From: Patellaria atrata CBS 101060
Taxonomy: Eukaryota
Direction of reading: 5' to 3'
Length of the DNA: 64,000 nt
Assembly: GCA_010093705.1 (NCBI GenBank)
Contig: MU006104.1
Span: 434,001 to 498,000, forward strand
Made by a program: the position numbers and the translations under genes. Shown here one piece after another: positions 13,013 to 25,198 of this stretch. The notes beneath the pieces were generated by a model that saw nothing but the letters and a program-made list of their open reading frames with translations, was not told the DNA's origin and did not search any database. The number at the start of each line of letters is the position of its first letter. The first letter of the stretch is position 1.

Positions 13013-16000
13013 CTTGGTTGAAGGTAGGCTGAAGGTGATATCTTCCTAGCTATCAGCAGGATTGGGAAGAGGTAGGGTAGTACTGTACGTGAGGAGAGAT
13101 TGGGGATTGTTTGTTGCGAAGATGACGGGAAGTCCAGTACCCAGTCTAGGTATTACAATTAAAATATTGCAGGTCGAAAGAGAGTCAGACGTTTCAAAGA
13201 AACTTTGAAGGTTTTGGAAGAATTTGAGAAAAGGCCAGGAATTGAGCTCAAAGAAAAGAACTAAGTAGCTCAGCACGTCGTCCTTAGCAATGGTAGAAGT
13301 TGAGATCACTCGTTCGCCGCGCAGGCGTGTCAGGATCCCTAGAACTAACGCGATCCCGTGTTGTTGGGAAAACTAACGCTGATAAGAGGCACGATTCAGG
13401 TAGAAGATTGACATGGAGAGAAGACTCGTTACAGTTAGAATAACGCGGTGAGGAAAGTTTTTTTTTTGAATCATTAGTGGTTAATGTTTAGATATGAGAA
13501 TGACATCATAAAACAGCTAAGCTTTTTCGGAAGTTCGTAATAAAGGGACATCGGAAGTTCGGCTTTACCTTATTTATATTTTTCCGGTACCTTAGAACTA
13601 TCTGTAGAAAATTTTACGTTGTATCACGATCCATAGATGTATCTTTATAAGATCTGACAATAGAACCTTTAGACCGCGCGAAAGAACCTCCTATAGTTTG
13701 CTACGAATATTTTGAACTTTACTTATTACTTTAAACCACCTGAACTAAAACTGGAAGTGCGTAACTTACAGGCCCCTTTCACATGCAGATAAGCCGTCTT
13801 TGATCTGACGGGAAGCACAGGTTGTCAGGCTCCGCCACCATGCAGTAACGCTTGTCAGTGAATGGTTCCCCTGAAAATCGCCTCTGCGCCGCCAAAAGCT
13901 TGATGCAAACCCAACCGCCGATGCTCATCAAACAATCGGCTTGCTGTTTACCGCTTGCCGCAACATTCAAGGGACCCTACAGTATTCTGAATATCAATTC
14001 ACCACGCAGTTCTGTTGTTCTTGGTGTCAGGACTATATCTGGATATAATAATACGGTAGGTTCAAGAACAGGATGAGGAAGGCGGTCGAACATTCGTTCC
14101 GCTGTTAGTTCTACTGCAAGTATCTCTCGTTCGGTTTGGTAAGCGCAGTTCTATGTGGGACTTGATTTTCCGAAACGAGAGAGTCATCCGCATAAGATTA
14201 AGGGTGTAGAATACTTCACACATATCCCTGAGTTGATTCTCTGCCCGGACACTCTCTGTACAGATATCAAACAACTGTTGGAAACTTTGAGTTTTCGTTT
14301 GCGCAGCTTGATCAAGTTTCATTATTTAGTATTAACGCGACGTCGCTATTTGATATTACTTAGGTGTGAGTGTACAGTATGTACAGTACGATTCAGCCAT
14401 TAGAAATAGGAGTCTTCCATATTTAGTTAGGTAGCCCTTTTAGACCTCGCTACTGAGTGAGTAGAACGATCTGGTGTCCTTTCTTTTCAACTGCGTATTG
14501 CTATTTCTTAGCAGCTTAACGAGACTTTGTAGTTTACTGGACAGGACTATCAACGTCCTGGTACCTTTTATCTACTTTACCTGATCGTAAAAGAATTGAT
14601 CCCGCTCTATATCGCTTAGGTTTGCCGAATAATAATTGCAAATCTTGTGACTCCCAATATAATACACTTCCTGCAGAAGCAGATTTAGAAGTAATGGTTG
14701 ATTATGGATTACATGCCAATTTATATCTGAGATGTACAACCACGAGCCTTTTCCACCTTTACTTTTTTTTTTTTAGGGGGGTGTACTGACTGGTGGGCAA
14801 TCTAGTCATTGGATGTTACGTTTGTGCTCCGAAAACATCATCTGGAACAGCCTAAGAGGTTTACACCACTAAGAGGGAAGGATATAGTTCTCTCCAAAGA
14901 GTAAGTTGAGTGTACAATTTACTTCATTGTATGTCCCTACGCCGCTCTGAGAGCATGTGATAACTCAGTTTGACCCCGCATTGGACGCAAGAAGAAGGTC
15001 CATTTTGGAGCGCACCACAACGGTGTCCACAAGGTGTTATAAACACAAGTCTGGCTGTAGCTTGAGCAATTCCACTCCAGTAGATGTAGTCTGTTAGTCT
15101 ACAATGACAGTTGAATTTATATATTATTGCAACATACCAATGCGACTGGGAAAGCCATGTGAGTAGCATTCTCACATGAAGTACTACATCGCTCTCGGAG
15201 CTTCTTCAACGAGAACTTGAGACCGAAGAACTCATCTAGAGAAACTTATGAGATGGAAATAATCTTTGCCGAATACGGGCAATTTGTGAGACAAATATGC
15301 ATGTAACCCCACAGAGAGGACTATGCCAGGAACTCTTTGTACGGCTTTTTCTTTCTGGGAGGTGTATTCCATTATATAGTAGATATTTGTGTCGCAGCCA
15401 GAGCACGCGACCGGGAATTCGAATATGAAGGGAAGATTCTGCGTTACTGCCTTGCTGAGAAGGGGATGGTTATATCGCTAAGCGGCTTCGCAAGACTTTT
15501 TCTGCGACACTTGTAATTTCAAGCGATGATACGATAGGGATAGAGGATGGAGTAACAGTCTTCGATGATTTTCCGCACCTTTCCCTTGCTAGGCATTCAT
15601 AGGTTACTGTACGCTTTGGTCTGGAATGATTCCCGGCTTCGTTGTACGTGCTGGATCAGACTGTACACTGGACTGCAAGCTGTATAATGCGAACATCGTA
15701 CAAAACACTCAACAATAGCTTTTGAGATCTTAGCGTGAGTGTTTACCGAGCAGGTAAGGTATAGCAAGGTGTAAGCAAGATATGGTACTGATGAGTGCCA
15801 CAATGAAAACGTCCTGAGTCTTTGGGGTCTTGGGGAGATGGAATTCTGTAATGTATTGGACGTTAGTCAAGAAATGGATGGTAAGGTGGAGGTAAGGTGT
15901 GAGGAATAAAGAGTGTGAGAGAGAAATGATAGGGTGTGACGTTGTATTTGACTTTCCCAAACCAGCGTTAATCCGTCCCAGTAGCCAATGAGCTCATTCA

Positions 16001-16655
16001 CTTCAACCCCTCTAACGACTCCTGAATTTTAAAATATCTTGTGGACACTTTGACAACCATGTGTTTGACCTCGAAGCGCTGGCAGGATAAGAAGTATTAT
16101 TCGGCCTCGGCTGTTCTCAATGTACTACCCTTTGATCTCAGAGCCGCCTCGTTTATCTTGTATCCCAATGATGAAACACAAACTTCATGCAGAACGGTAG
16201 ACATGTCACGAAGACGTCTGATCAAGTGGTCACGAAGAAGACTTCGATATTGCTAAAAACCTACTATCTAGGGTCTTTCAAACTTCAGCATATTCCTCCC
16301 CTAGCTTCGTGGTCAACTATCTACCTGCAATGCTGTTTGCAACGCCGGCCTGGAAGAGGATCGGGCTTAATACTTAGCCACCATGTAGTATAATTTGCCT
16401 GCCTTGGAGTGAACCCAGAAATGGACACTGAATTGGTTGTTAAATGGAACCTAAGAATGTTTCCGTTACTAGTTATCCATGTCGATTATTCTAGTTCCCA
16501 CTAATCCTTCAGTATAAGAGGTGTATTTAGGCAGGTAGGTTACCGCTCAAAATGAATCAGTATATCTTCACTTCTTGAGTCATAGTTGCTCGTTTCGTCT
16601 CGTTCCGAATTGTTTTTCATCATTCTGTTAGAATAGCCACTCCTTTACTATTACA

Positions 16656-18077
16656 ATGTATCGCGTACTACTTATTGGTTTATTCGCTTTTATTAGGGCT
16701 ACTATAGCAGGTGAGTCTCCGTTCAGTCTTCTATATTCGGGAAAACATTGTACTAATATGTAGTTAAGGCTATGGCTTGGAAGATGATTATAGTACTGTC
16801 AACTTCTTTAACATGTTCAACTTCTTTGACGGAAATGATCCCACACATGGATTCGTCGACTTTGTAGATCAAGGCACCGCGTGGAATTCTGGTCTTATCA
16901 AAATCAAAGATAACCGAGTATACATGGGCGTTGATTACACAAACAGGGCTCCGAACGGCAGAGCAAGTGTGAGGATTAGCAGCAAGAAAGCTTACAACCA
17001 AGGCCTGATAATTCTAGATCTTGATCATATGCCTGGCCCCATATGTGGAGTTTGGCCGGCGTTCTGGACGCTAGGGGGACCGAATTGGCCTGACAAGTAT
17101 GTGAAAGGTGTCGCATCTGGATATCCTGAAGCTAACCTCTTTTAAGCGGCGAGATTGATATTCTAGAGGGAGTTAATGACCAAACGACGAATCACTATAC
17201 CCTTCATACGGGTCCTGGCTGCAAGATCGGGGATACCAGCGGGTTTCTTGGTTCAATCACAACTCCTAATTGTGATGTTAACGCGCCTGGTCAGAGTAAT
17301 AACGCGGGATGCTCCATTGCCGATCCGGACTCAAGAAGCTATCGTGATTTTAACGCAAATGGCGGTGGAGTCTTCGCCACAGAATGGACATCGGATGCCA
17401 TTACCTTATGGTTCTTCCCACGGGGATCAATACCGAATGATATATACACGGGGAATCCAATCCCGGCTACTTGGGGAACACCAACAGCTAGATTTCGGGG
17501 GGGTTGCAATATTCCCAGCTACTTCAGGAACCATAATCTCATCTTCGATACAACGTTCTGTGGGGATTGGGCAGGCAATGTTTGGGGCAGTTCGCCTAGC
17601 TGCTCGTACAGAGCACCGACGTGCAACGACTTCGTTCGGGATAATCCGTCGGCCTTTAGAGATGCTTACTGGTCCATTAATTCTCTAAAGGTCTACTCGA
17701 ATAGAGGAAACCGCTCACCAGACTCTCTGCTCATTCCTAACGCTACGGTCTCAATCCCAGCCAACGTCACATCTAAGGTTCCAGAGCCTACCTTCTCTTC
17801 TCTCTCTTCGCTCATTCCATCATTTGGTTCTTCAGTACCAGAACCCTCTACTTCCGTCGTCTTCGTAACTCTAAACACGACTGTATTCGCCTCTGAGACC
17901 CCTGAACCACTGCAGACAGTCTTATCCACTCTAACGATGCAAACCACTCTCTTTGGGCCCCCTAACCCAGAGGAAACCGAGATAGGGGGCCTGCCAAGAA
18001 TCCAGGCGAGGGACAGAACCAGGAGGAGAAAGCATATTCTCGAACACAGGAAAAGGCATGGCGGATATACGTTCTGA
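16656..18077 (+). CDS. Secreted GH16 endo-1,3(4)-beta-glucanase with Ser/Thr/Pro-rich C-terminal tail
   Basis: Signal peptide MYRVLLIGLFAFIRATIA; two introns (~16711-16768, ~17097-17146); DPTHGFVDFV, GRASVRISS, CGVWPAFW, catalytic GEIDILEGVN, IFDTTFCGDWAG; open to TGA at 18075-18077. Confidence 0.92.
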
Positions 18078-18454
18078 CCTTTCCCAAGAGTACTATACTG
18101 GCGAGCGTTAAAGCCTGGGCAGTCGTCGCTTACCGCTTACTTCTGCTTCTTATTGGTGGGAACAAGTGGAGCGGCGTGTAATGACATAAGGTATAGGTAG
18201 TAGCTTACCTTACCTATTTCGTTGTATATCTTGACGTTGGATCTGTACATATTTTCATATTTCATAACATCTCACATTTCTTGACGTATGTATATACTTT
18301 GCATGAACATACATATTTGTCCACGACATTATCTATTCTATCATCCATCCCAACCTACTCCATGAAATGAATTCTCACGTCACATGATGTTTATCAATTC
18401 ACTCCGACTCAATCTCTCCATGCACCCGACCCACAATATGCTCTTTCCACTTTC

Positions 18455-19825
18455 TCAGTACAGGAAGTGTGCCTGAGCTCTCTCCCAATCAGTCATCACC
18501 CTACACTCCACCATGGTAACTCCGATATGCTTATAATTTACCCCTAAGGGATGAGCAATATGCCCATGCCAATTCTGATTCGTACGGGTAAGCACACACT
18601 TCTCCAGCCGCAACTTCTTCAATACCTTCTCGTACTTATTGATCATCTTCCAGAACTCACGCATTGAACCCTGAAGTCCCGTAAGTTTCATCTCCTGCAA
18701 TCCAGAAGGGAAGTAGAGTAGGGAAATCGTGTGCCAGTCATCGAAGCCCTTCATACGAAAAGCCGCATTTTCCTCCGAAGCCCACGCCTCGACCTCGAAC
18801 TTAGGTTCACTCTCACTCTCAGAGACGATTTGGCGCCACCATATCTCGATGCCGTAGTCGTTCTCTATGACTTTATCGAACCAGCGTCCAACAGTCGGGA
18901 TACGCAAGCGAAGCTGGTCCACGAGGCGTGGCACGGAGTCCCACAAGCTCATCCACACCTTCTTGTTCCGGTAGACGCGCTGCTCCTCGATGCTCCAGCG
19001 GACCTTCAACGCCTTCGGCCTCATCCCGGACTCTTCCAAGGCGAGCAGCACAGCGAATAGGGATTGCTCATTATCTGGCGCCTCCTTCCACGGCGGGAGC
19101 CCGTACTTATCTGCCAATAAAGCCGCCTCCGTCTCCACACCACGAGCTGCGACGGTTACGAGCGCAGGGCAGCCACTATCCTCCCAGTCGTCTCCGTAGC
19201 GTCTGACATTCTTCGACCACGGCGTGTTGAAGTAGATCTCCTCTAGCTGAGGCGCGGCGCGGAATAAACCCACGAGCGCAGCGGTCATCTGAGATGCAGT
19301 AACTGCGTCGAAACCAAGGGCGCTGCGCTCACTAATCATCCGCGCGAGTCTCTGTCTACCCTTGCGCTGCGCGTATTCGTCCAGTTGGCGGAGATGGGGA
19401 CCGAAGCCGCCCAGTTCGATGCGCTCGACTCGGATCTGCTTGACGTGCTGCGAGGTTCCGCGCGTAACTAGGCCTTGGAGAGCGCGTATGTCTCGTTCGT
19501 TGAATGTGGCGCCCACGTCGAGCTTGAAGGAGGGGCTGAGGTAGAGAGACGCGAAGTAGAGAGCTTTACAGGCGAGACGGGCATGTTTGGCATCTTTTAA
19601 GGGGAGATATTGGAAGATTTCATCAAGGAGTTCGATAGGGAGGTGGCCGGTCAGGTGGTCGCGACCATCATCCATGGGGTGAGCTGGATCCGGGCGAAGC
19701 GTGTCGTCGTTTGTTGTGTTGTTCGTTGGTGGACTAATCGATCTTGATAACGCCGCGATACGGGCTGCAATCTCAATTGATAATGCCATGATGGTGTGAT
19801 GATGACTTTGTTTGCGCGAGGACAT
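18455..19825 (-). CDS. F-box domain protein (intronless, 456 aa)
   Basis: F-box motif LTGHLPIELLDEIFQYLPLKDAKHARLACKALY followed by degenerate LRR-like segments (LEEIYF, LQEMKLTGL, LKKLRLEKC). Confidence 0.8.
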   Translation of the reverse strand: MSSRKQSHHHTIMALSIEIAARIAALSRSISPPTNNTTNDDTLRPDPAHPMDDGRDHLTGHLPIELLDEIFQYLPLKDAKHARLACKALYFASLYLSPSFKLDVGATFNERDIRALQGLVTRGTSQHVKQIRVERIELGGFGPHLRQLDEYAQRKGRQRLARMISERSALGFDAVTASQMTAALVGLFRAAPQLEEIYFNTPWSKNVRRYGDDWEDSGCPALVTVAARGVETEAALLADKYGLPPWKEAPDNEQSLFAVLLALEESGMRPKALKVRWSIEEQRVYRNKKVWMSLWDSVPRLVDQLRLRIPTVGRWFDKVIENDYGIEIWWRQIVSESESEPKFEVEAWASEENAAFRMKGFDDWHTISLLYFPSGLQEMKLTGLQGSMREFWKMINKYEKVLKKLRLEKCVLTRTNQNWHGHIAHPLGVNYKHIGVTMVECRVMTDWERAQAHFLY

Positions 19826-20006
19826 ACGCGCGTTGCAAGGTGTAGAAGAAAAGGGAAAGGAAAAACAATCAGAAGGTTTATATTTATTTATAAAGGAAGC
19901 AGTGACAAACGAGTACCCGAATCAATGTCTTACTCACGTGCGTAAGTGGGTTCGGCGTTTGTGAGTATTCACAGTTATATACACTACGTGACGTCGCCAC
20001 TTCACA

Positions 20007-22775
20007 TCACCACGCGTCAAAGTCAGAGAACAAACCATTCTTCCTTCTCTCCGCCGCCCACCGCTCACACCACCCCTTCATCTTCTCCCTAGTCTTGGCA
20101 CTCCCCACATTCACTGTCGGGATGATCCTCTCAATCCTCAACGCACAGCAAAACATCGTCAGCTCCCTAAAGCTGCTGTGCTCGCTATACGGCACGCCAA
20201 AACAAGACGCGCGATTCGTACTCCCACGTTGCGGCACCAATTCACGCATCGAATAGTTACTCTTCCAGTTCGCGCCATGGAGAACCGTTTGAACGGAAGG
20301 ACTCTCGACAAACCGGCTATTCGGGGCTCTGTAGTTCCAACCCGACGGCCTGAAGCCGACAGCGCGGGAGAAGGTATCACGATAGTCGTTTAGGTATTCG
20401 TCGAGGGTATCGGCTCGGATCTCGAATAGCGGCGTCATGTGAATCTGTGCCTCCCTTGGGTCCTTGGTTAGACGTGCGTTAAGCTCCGGATCTTCAAGCG
20501 CGACGCAGATACGTTGTTTGCTTGGTGGAGCGTATATTTTGCAATCGAGAGCGCGAGCGATGCCGAGACAAACGCGTTCTTTACCGATACTGTAGGTTCC
20601 TACGACGACCAGGAGGCGACCACGGGCCTTTGAAGGACTCTTACCGTTGCTAACCTTCATTGCGTCGACCTCTTCTCCAGTGTTGTCCTCTTGGTTCAAT
20701 GCGTCCGAGTCTTTACGTACGAACTTGATCATGCCTTGACCAGCTCTTTCACGCTTCATCTGTTCCCAGCTGTCATCCTCATCTTTCCGGATCTTGTTCA
20801 GACTGACACACATATCTGCGCATGCTTTGATAACTTTTTCTTGACTGGGAAATGCGTACTTGGGGTTAAGGTATGTGGTATCTAGATAACACACATCGAT
20901 CTTCTGTTGTTGTGTTTTCCCGCTTACTACATCCATCACATCTGGTCGTAGAAGTGGATGTTCGACATGTGCTCGGCAAGCTCGAAAATCTCCACAATGT
21001 AACACTCTTTGCATTCTACGATTCTTGCCCTTGCCGACCTGCTTTTCAAACAAGAAGAGTGAGCTGCCCGGGCAATGATTAGCTGGGATCATCGTCACGT
21101 GCACGCCTTGTGTTCCTGGTACTTCAACCTTCTTTTCAAAATCCAGGTCAACCACCCATTTAGGATCGACCCGCAGTTGCTGACGTACTAGGTTCGCCGT
21201 AACGTGGCTACAATATATTGGGCCGTGGCACCAAGAAGAAGTTAGACCTACGTAGTGATCGCTATGAAAATGACTCAAGAAGTACGCTTGCTGACCTTCC
21301 ACAGCTCCATAGCGGAAAGCGTCTACGCATATGTAGAATCCAGGTAAGATTTTATAGAAAGGACATGTTCGTTTGTATGCCGGTTTTCCCCGAGAAGCAT
21401 TCTCAGAGGCTGCGGCTGTGGCCCAAGCAGCATCCTCAGCATGACCAGACATTAGTTTTGAAAACGCCGACTTAGATTGTGCGGTAGAACTGTCCAGAGT
21501 AAACGGATTCTCTTGACCTGGCTTCGCTGGCCGCACTGGTTTTTGAAACTGTCTCCCATTGTCTGATTTTACTCCTATGTGCCCCTTTTCGGTGAATGTC
21601 CGTTCTGGTAAAGGGGAGGGGTTACCATCAAGACAGTTATTGACATGCACCGATGCTTCTTGATCAGATATATCGTTCAAACTGGAACCGCATATAGGAC
21701 AATCCGGGGTATTGTTTCTTGTAGCTCCATTTGTGGCTTTATCTGGTGGGAAAAGGTCTTGTTCGTCATTGTCTAATCCTGCTTCACCGAGCTCCCATCT
21801 TCTCTGCTCTTCCATCCACTTCCTTTCTTGGTATTCTTCGCCCTCTTCTGGAAACTCGTCATCGTAGTCCTCATCTTCATTAAATCCCTCAAAACCTCCG
21901 TCTGGAATACTCGTTGATTCGTGCTTGAGTGATACAGGAAGTTGGTTCTGTGTATCAGAATCACCAGACAGTTCGCGCTCTGAACAACTCAGTGTGCCAG
22001 GTGTATCAGCATCGTCAAGGTTGCTGCTCACGTTGATCCCAGAAAGCCTTCGACTAGGAGGAGGGCTTTCATCCTCACTATCCGACTCTTCCACAAACGG
22101 ACCCCGCTTCTGCCGCACTTTTGGCTGGACTCCGCCACTCTTAGATTTTGGCTCACTCTCTCCTTCGAGATGCTGCTGTACGATATCTGGTGGCGGAGGT
22201 GTACACGCCTGCTTGCTACCTGACGCCTCATCATTAACCTCTTCCTCTCCGTTCTCCTTCTCATCACTCTCACCAAAAAGACTTTCATCATCAGTTTCAT
22301 AAACTTCCTCTTCTACCTTTCTTCTCTTCACACTACCCGCTCTCTCATTGAACCGCTGCTCCTCCTCCATCCAACCCACGATATCCCCATCCCCGTCCGA
22401 CCTATCCTTCTGCGAAATTCCACCACTTCCTCTCTCCTGGAAGAAAAGGCCTGGTTCCTCAGCCTTCTTGAAAAACGTTAAGATACTACCATTAGCTTTC
22501 TGCTTATTCTTTGCCCCATTTGTAACGTTGCCATTTGAGCCCTTCCGCGGCGTGAAAGAGGACGCAGAGAGGGTAGTTTGCTGGGGTTTTCGTGATCTAG
22601 AGGATTTGAATGGTATGGATTTTGTAGTAGTCCCAGGCATCGTCACACTCGGGGGTTTAGGTCCGGACGTCGCTGAGTGGTCGGAGATAGTAGGTGGCGA
22701 AGGAGGACGTCCGATCGAGGGGGTCAGTTGAAGGTGAGAGGGGAGAGTTAGGTTTTCTCTTGGGTAACGGAACAT
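20007..22775 (-). CDS. PSO2: DNA interstrand cross-link repair nuclease Pso2/Snm1 (MBL/beta-CASP)
   Basis: FLSHFHSDHY, ANHCPGS, LHCGDFR, YLDTTY, GTYSIGKER and VPYSEHSSF motifs plus a UBZ-type finger CPIC...HVNNCLD. True start could be the ATG at 22640. Confidence 0.95.
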   Translation of the reverse strand: MFRYPRENLTLPSHLQLTPSIGRPPSPPTISDHSATSGPKPPSVTMPGTTTKSIPFKSSRSRKPQQTTLSASSFTPRKGSNGNVTNGAKNKQKANGSILTFFKKAEEPGLFFQERGSGGISQKDRSDGDGDIVGWMEEEQRFNERAGSVKRRKVEEEVYETDDESLFGESDEKENGEEEVNDEASGSKQACTPPPPDIVQQHLEGESEPKSKSGGVQPKVRQKRGPFVEESDSEDESPPPSRRLSGINVSSNLDDADTPGTLSCSERELSGDSDTQNQLPVSLKHESTSIPDGGFEGFNEDEDYDDEFPEEGEEYQERKWMEEQRRWELGEAGLDNDEQDLFPPDKATNGATRNNTPDCPICGSSLNDISDQEASVHVNNCLDGNPSPLPERTFTEKGHIGVKSDNGRQFQKPVRPAKPGQENPFTLDSSTAQSKSAFSKLMSGHAEDAAWATAAASENASRGKPAYKRTCPFYKILPGFYICVDAFRYGAVEGQQAYFLSHFHSDHYVGLTSSWCHGPIYCSHVTANLVRQQLRVDPKWVVDLDFEKKVEVPGTQGVHVTMIPANHCPGSSLFLFEKQVGKGKNRRMQRVLHCGDFRACRAHVEHPLLRPDVMDVVSGKTQQQKIDVCYLDTTYLNPKYAFPSQEKVIKACADMCVSLNKIRKDEDDSWEQMKRERAGQGMIKFVRKDSDALNQEDNTGEEVDAMKVSNGKSPSKARGRLLVVVGTYSIGKERVCLGIARALDCKIYAPPSKQRICVALEDPELNARLTKDPREAQIHMTPLFEIRADTLDEYLNDYRDTFSRAVGFRPSGWNYRAPNSRFVESPSVQTVLHGANWKSNYSMRELVPQRGSTNRASCFGVPYSEHSSFRELTMFCCALRIERIIPTVNVGSAKTREKMKGWCERWAAERRKNGLFSDFDAW

Positions 22776-23273
22776 GAGTGGTATGGATTATCACATTGTT
22801 GTGTAGATTACTAGGATTAAGTGTATGAAAGGTAAAAGTTGTGGTTTGGGTGCGTGCCTACTGTACGGGAAGCGGGCTGGTGCGCGTTGTCGGTGTACGA
22901 AGTCGCGTGGATGACGCAAATTCGCGACATATTTCTCAGTGATCCATTTGATTTTGTCAAAAAAATTTCACCTCGAGCATTTCTCTCGTGATTTAAACAA
23001 TCGATGAAGCTTTTCTATGCTACTTGTTCTATAAGAGGTCTTTAACAGCCATTTGTAACACGCAAAACAATCCCTTCCAATATGCGATCCAAGAACGCCT
23101 CGCTCGATTTACCTATGCTCCAATTACATGTCTAACTTTTTTTTTTTTTTTCAACGCTTTTCTGTGGACGCCGCTATTGTGATATGCTCTCAATCGTCGC
23201 CTCTGTTTGATCCTTCCCCGGTACACAGTCATTCCATTGCCTCAGGCTAATATGGGAAGTGACACAGGATAGC

Positions 23274-23838
23274 TTATTCCGCAAATCTCAATCGAGTAAT
23301 CTCATCTAAGAGATCTTGAAGATCGGAGTCTGAAATCTTATTTGTGAGGGATGGGATTAGGGTTTTCGCTTCATCTGCAGATTCGCAACATAGGGTTCCT
23401 GCGGAGCGGAATTAGACAGGTGTAGGATACACAAATGTGGGGACAATATGGGAAATACCGAGTTGTGACCTCTCGAATGGATCAAGAACAGTGCGCGAAT
23501 TCAGTGTTTGCTCGATCATATGGATGTTTCCTTGATTCTTAAAGCGGGCGAACACTGCGAGATAGTCTTGCATTTTGTTTATTGTCCTATGATCCGAATT
23601 TAGTCGATATCTTGCGCCAATCGGCCCCCATGTCTCTTTTTTGAACATCCTGGGGGAATACTTACTCTCCCTGAGGCTCAGGCTTTGCTTCCGCGCGTCG
23701 CTTATCGATCACGGCTTTGATAACAAGGTGAGCCTCCGAGAGGCTCATTGTGGGAACGTCGTGAAATTCACCGAGACGCAATTCTGCTGCTGCTTCCTCA
23801 TCGCCCTCAATGGTTGGGCGAGCATGCGCGTGAGCCAT
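23274..23838 (-). CDS. RPB4: RNA polymerase II subunit Rpb4 (3 exons)
   Basis: MAHAHARPTIEGDEEAAAELRLGEFHDVPTMSLSEAHLVI..|..MQDYLAVFARFK..LDPFERSQLG|TLCCESADEAKTLIPSLTNKISDSDLQDLLDEITRLR; two GT-AG introns; HRDC-like Rpb4 pattern. Confidence 0.93.
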
Positions 23839-25198
23839 ATCCGTGGATTAACGGCAGTGTTGCCAAGCCAAAGCTGATTGAAATGTCGCAAGGTGAAAGT
23901 CGAGATAGTTGGGAGAATATCGGGTATATTGGTTGTGCGGGTATAAGATCTAAGCCGGCTAGAAGACGTGGAAGCTAGATGTTGGGGAAAGGTGAGGATT
24001 TTGGAATTCCATTTTGAACCAAGTCTCTTTGGAGGCATCTAGCTTGGCGAGTGACAGCTGTAAGAGACGACTAGGAAAGAAGTGGGAAAACAGAACAGAC
24101 ATTTCGAATTGAACTGAGAAGAAACAACAAAGGCGCCAGATAACTATAAGATAGGAGTCTTTTTAGGGACGATCGGAACTTATGGTTTCGTTTGTTCTGA
24201 TTATTCGATCGAGATGCTGCCCTGCTTCCAAGTTGGACGTGTCTCCTATTGGAGTATAAAATGTCCAAGTGAGGAGCAATGCTAGGTGAAAGGCTAATAA
24301 AGGCAGTTCTACGAGCAAGTTAAAGGCGTATGCAGTAGTTCTACAACTCTGAATGCAATATTGTAGTAGTGATCCTGATCCTGGGCTGCACCTAAGGTAC
24401 TGTAAAATATAATACCAGGGTTTGACCGGGCAGTCGGGTGGAGCTCGATGAAAAGAATACATCCATGTGACGGCAGAATTTAAGTATACAAAGATTAGGA
24501 GCTATAAAAGACGTGTACTCGATATATTGGAAGCTATAAACATCAACACCTAGTTTAAAATAAAATATTCTATTAAGTTAATGATAATTCAGCCACCTAA
24601 GCCCAGACACAGCAGGCATCAAGGTTTGGATACGGAGTACCTCTCCATTTACTGTACTGTATTATACCTTACTCGCCCATCTAATCTCTCCTCCGCAGAC
24701 AAACAAGGGCCTTGGCCACGCCGAACTCATTCTGTTTTGTCAAGCCAGCAACTCAACCCGACTTGACACTCACAACCACCTCTTCTCTCGCGATAACTGC
24801 TGAAGAGGTTCTTATGACACACATTGCAAACGGCCGTCGAACTTCCCTTTTGAGAACGGGGAACCCTAATATATTCGGTCACCTGGCACCCCTCGTCAAC
24901 CGTGCATTTATTACGATCCTCACTTTACCAACCCACAAATCCATAGGACAATAACACACTGTCACGGGGTTATCGCACAGCACCGCGTCAAATATTCACC
25001 ACAACTTCAACTTATCTAACTTTGTTTTGACCCTGCGCATTGCTGTATCCAGCCCTGTTGTGGCCGTCGTCTCGTCGCGTTCTCTCGCCCCCCACGCTGG
25101 CATTGAACTGGTCCTTACTGAAAAGCCCAGACTGATTATTAAACACGCTTTAAGATTATTCAGTCACTTATTGCTCGTCTATTGCGCACATTTGAAGC

